A DNA stretch of 64,000 nt from Acidobacteriota bacterium. GTDB lineage: Bacteria > Acidobacteriota > UBA890 > WLXD01. Shown piece by piece: positions 63,383 to 64,000 of the stretch; the stretch's first letter is position 1, and each line of letters opens with the position of its first letter. The position numbers and the translations under genes were made by a program. Location: positions 1,056,001 through 1,120,000 of the forward strand of contig CBDFKD010000002.1 in the NCBI GenBank assembly GCA_965248695.1, given 5' to 3'. The notes under the pieces were generated by a model, which saw only the letters and a list, made by a program, of their open reading frames with translations, did no database searches and had not been told where the DNA came from.

Positions 63383-64000
63383 ATGGCCAAGCAGACGAAG
63401 ACGCAGGGGAGCGTCACCGACGGCGGGTCCGCGTTGCAGCGTTACCGACGGGTGATCGTCGGGCAGCCGGGCTGGGGCGCGCTCGTTTACTTCGAGATCT
63501 GCGCCTGGCTGGCGATCGTTCCGGGGGCGTTGGGGCTGTTTCTGCGCCGGAGCCTGTGGCCGGGGTTGCTCGGCAACTGCGGCAAGGGGGTGGTGTTCGG
63601 AGCCAACGTGACGCTGCGCCATCCGCATCGCGTTCACCTCGGCGATCGGGTGGTGGTCAGCGATGGTTGCATCCTCGACGCGCGCAACGAGAGCGCCGAG
63701 AAGACGATCGACATCGGCGACGACGTGATCCTGGCCAACAACGTTACGATCTCGTGTAAGGGAGGTACCGCGCGGGTCGGCGCGGGCTCGGGGATCGGCA
63801 CCCAGACCGTCATCCACGCCGTCAATGGCTGCCGGGTCGAGCTCGGCGCCGATCAGATCGTCGGGCCGGACTGCTACATCGCCGGCGGGGGCAACTACGA
63901 CATCGATCGGGTCGATCTACCGATGGGCCAGCAGGGGCTGCGGGAGTCGGAAGAGGGCGTGACGCTCGAGGGCGACAACTGGCTCGGGGCCAAGGTATCG
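63383..64000 (+). CDS. Hexapeptide-repeat (LbH) acyltransferase, partial (runs off the right edge)
   Basis: Manual translation MAKQTK...CGKGVVFGANVTLRHPHRVHLGDRVVVSDGCILDA..IGDDVIL...DNWLGAKV. Confidence 0.85.
   Translation, partial: MAKQTKTQGSVTDGGSALQRYRRVIVGQPGWGALVYFEICAWLAIVPGALGLFLRRSLWPGLLGNCGKGVVFGANVTLRHPHRVHLGDRVVVSDGCILDARNESAEKTIDIGDDVILANNVTISCKGGTARVGAGSGIGTQTVIHAVNGCRVELGADQIVGPDCYIAGGGNYDIDRVDLPMGQQGLRESEEGVTLEGDNWLGAKVS

Overview
High-GC bacterial chromosomal window, probably Acidobacteriota-like (inferred from the GWxTD protein, stand-alone STAS protein, VPS10/BNR and PQQ-propeller secreted proteins). Layout: (1) 1-9.5 kb holds secreted or uptake genes (PhyH dioxygenase, PQQ-like propeller, a small Cys/His leader ORF before a ZnuD-like TonB-dependent receptor, DPP-IV) and several broken genes. 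(2) 9.5-16 kb is an IS3-family nest around a flavin amine oxidase, with a 524-bp inverted duplication and a near-tandem IS duplication, downstream of a tRNA-Ser(GGA) and a candidate structured RNA. (3) 17-22 kb holds small hypothetical and regulatory genes. (4) carAB is followed by a sulfatase / FGE-fold / Tat Gfo-Idh-MocA / Tat Hyi-like cluster, an apparently circularly permuted PA-domain metallopeptidase and a tmpAB-like relic. (5) pntAB, a fused 2-oxoacid dehydrogenase E1, a GWxTD protein, addBA and a VPS10 protein follow. (6) A surface-polysaccharide locus (rfbA, PKD lipoprotein, rfbB, GlpD-like, GT4, SDR, AsnB-like, LbH acyltransferase) runs off the right edge. The strongest novelty candidates are the permuted metzincin-like peptidase, the RSPP-containing leader ORF before the metal TBDT, and the ~180-nt rod-shaped RNA next to tRNA-Ser. 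All family calls come from motif recognition by eye, not from database searches.
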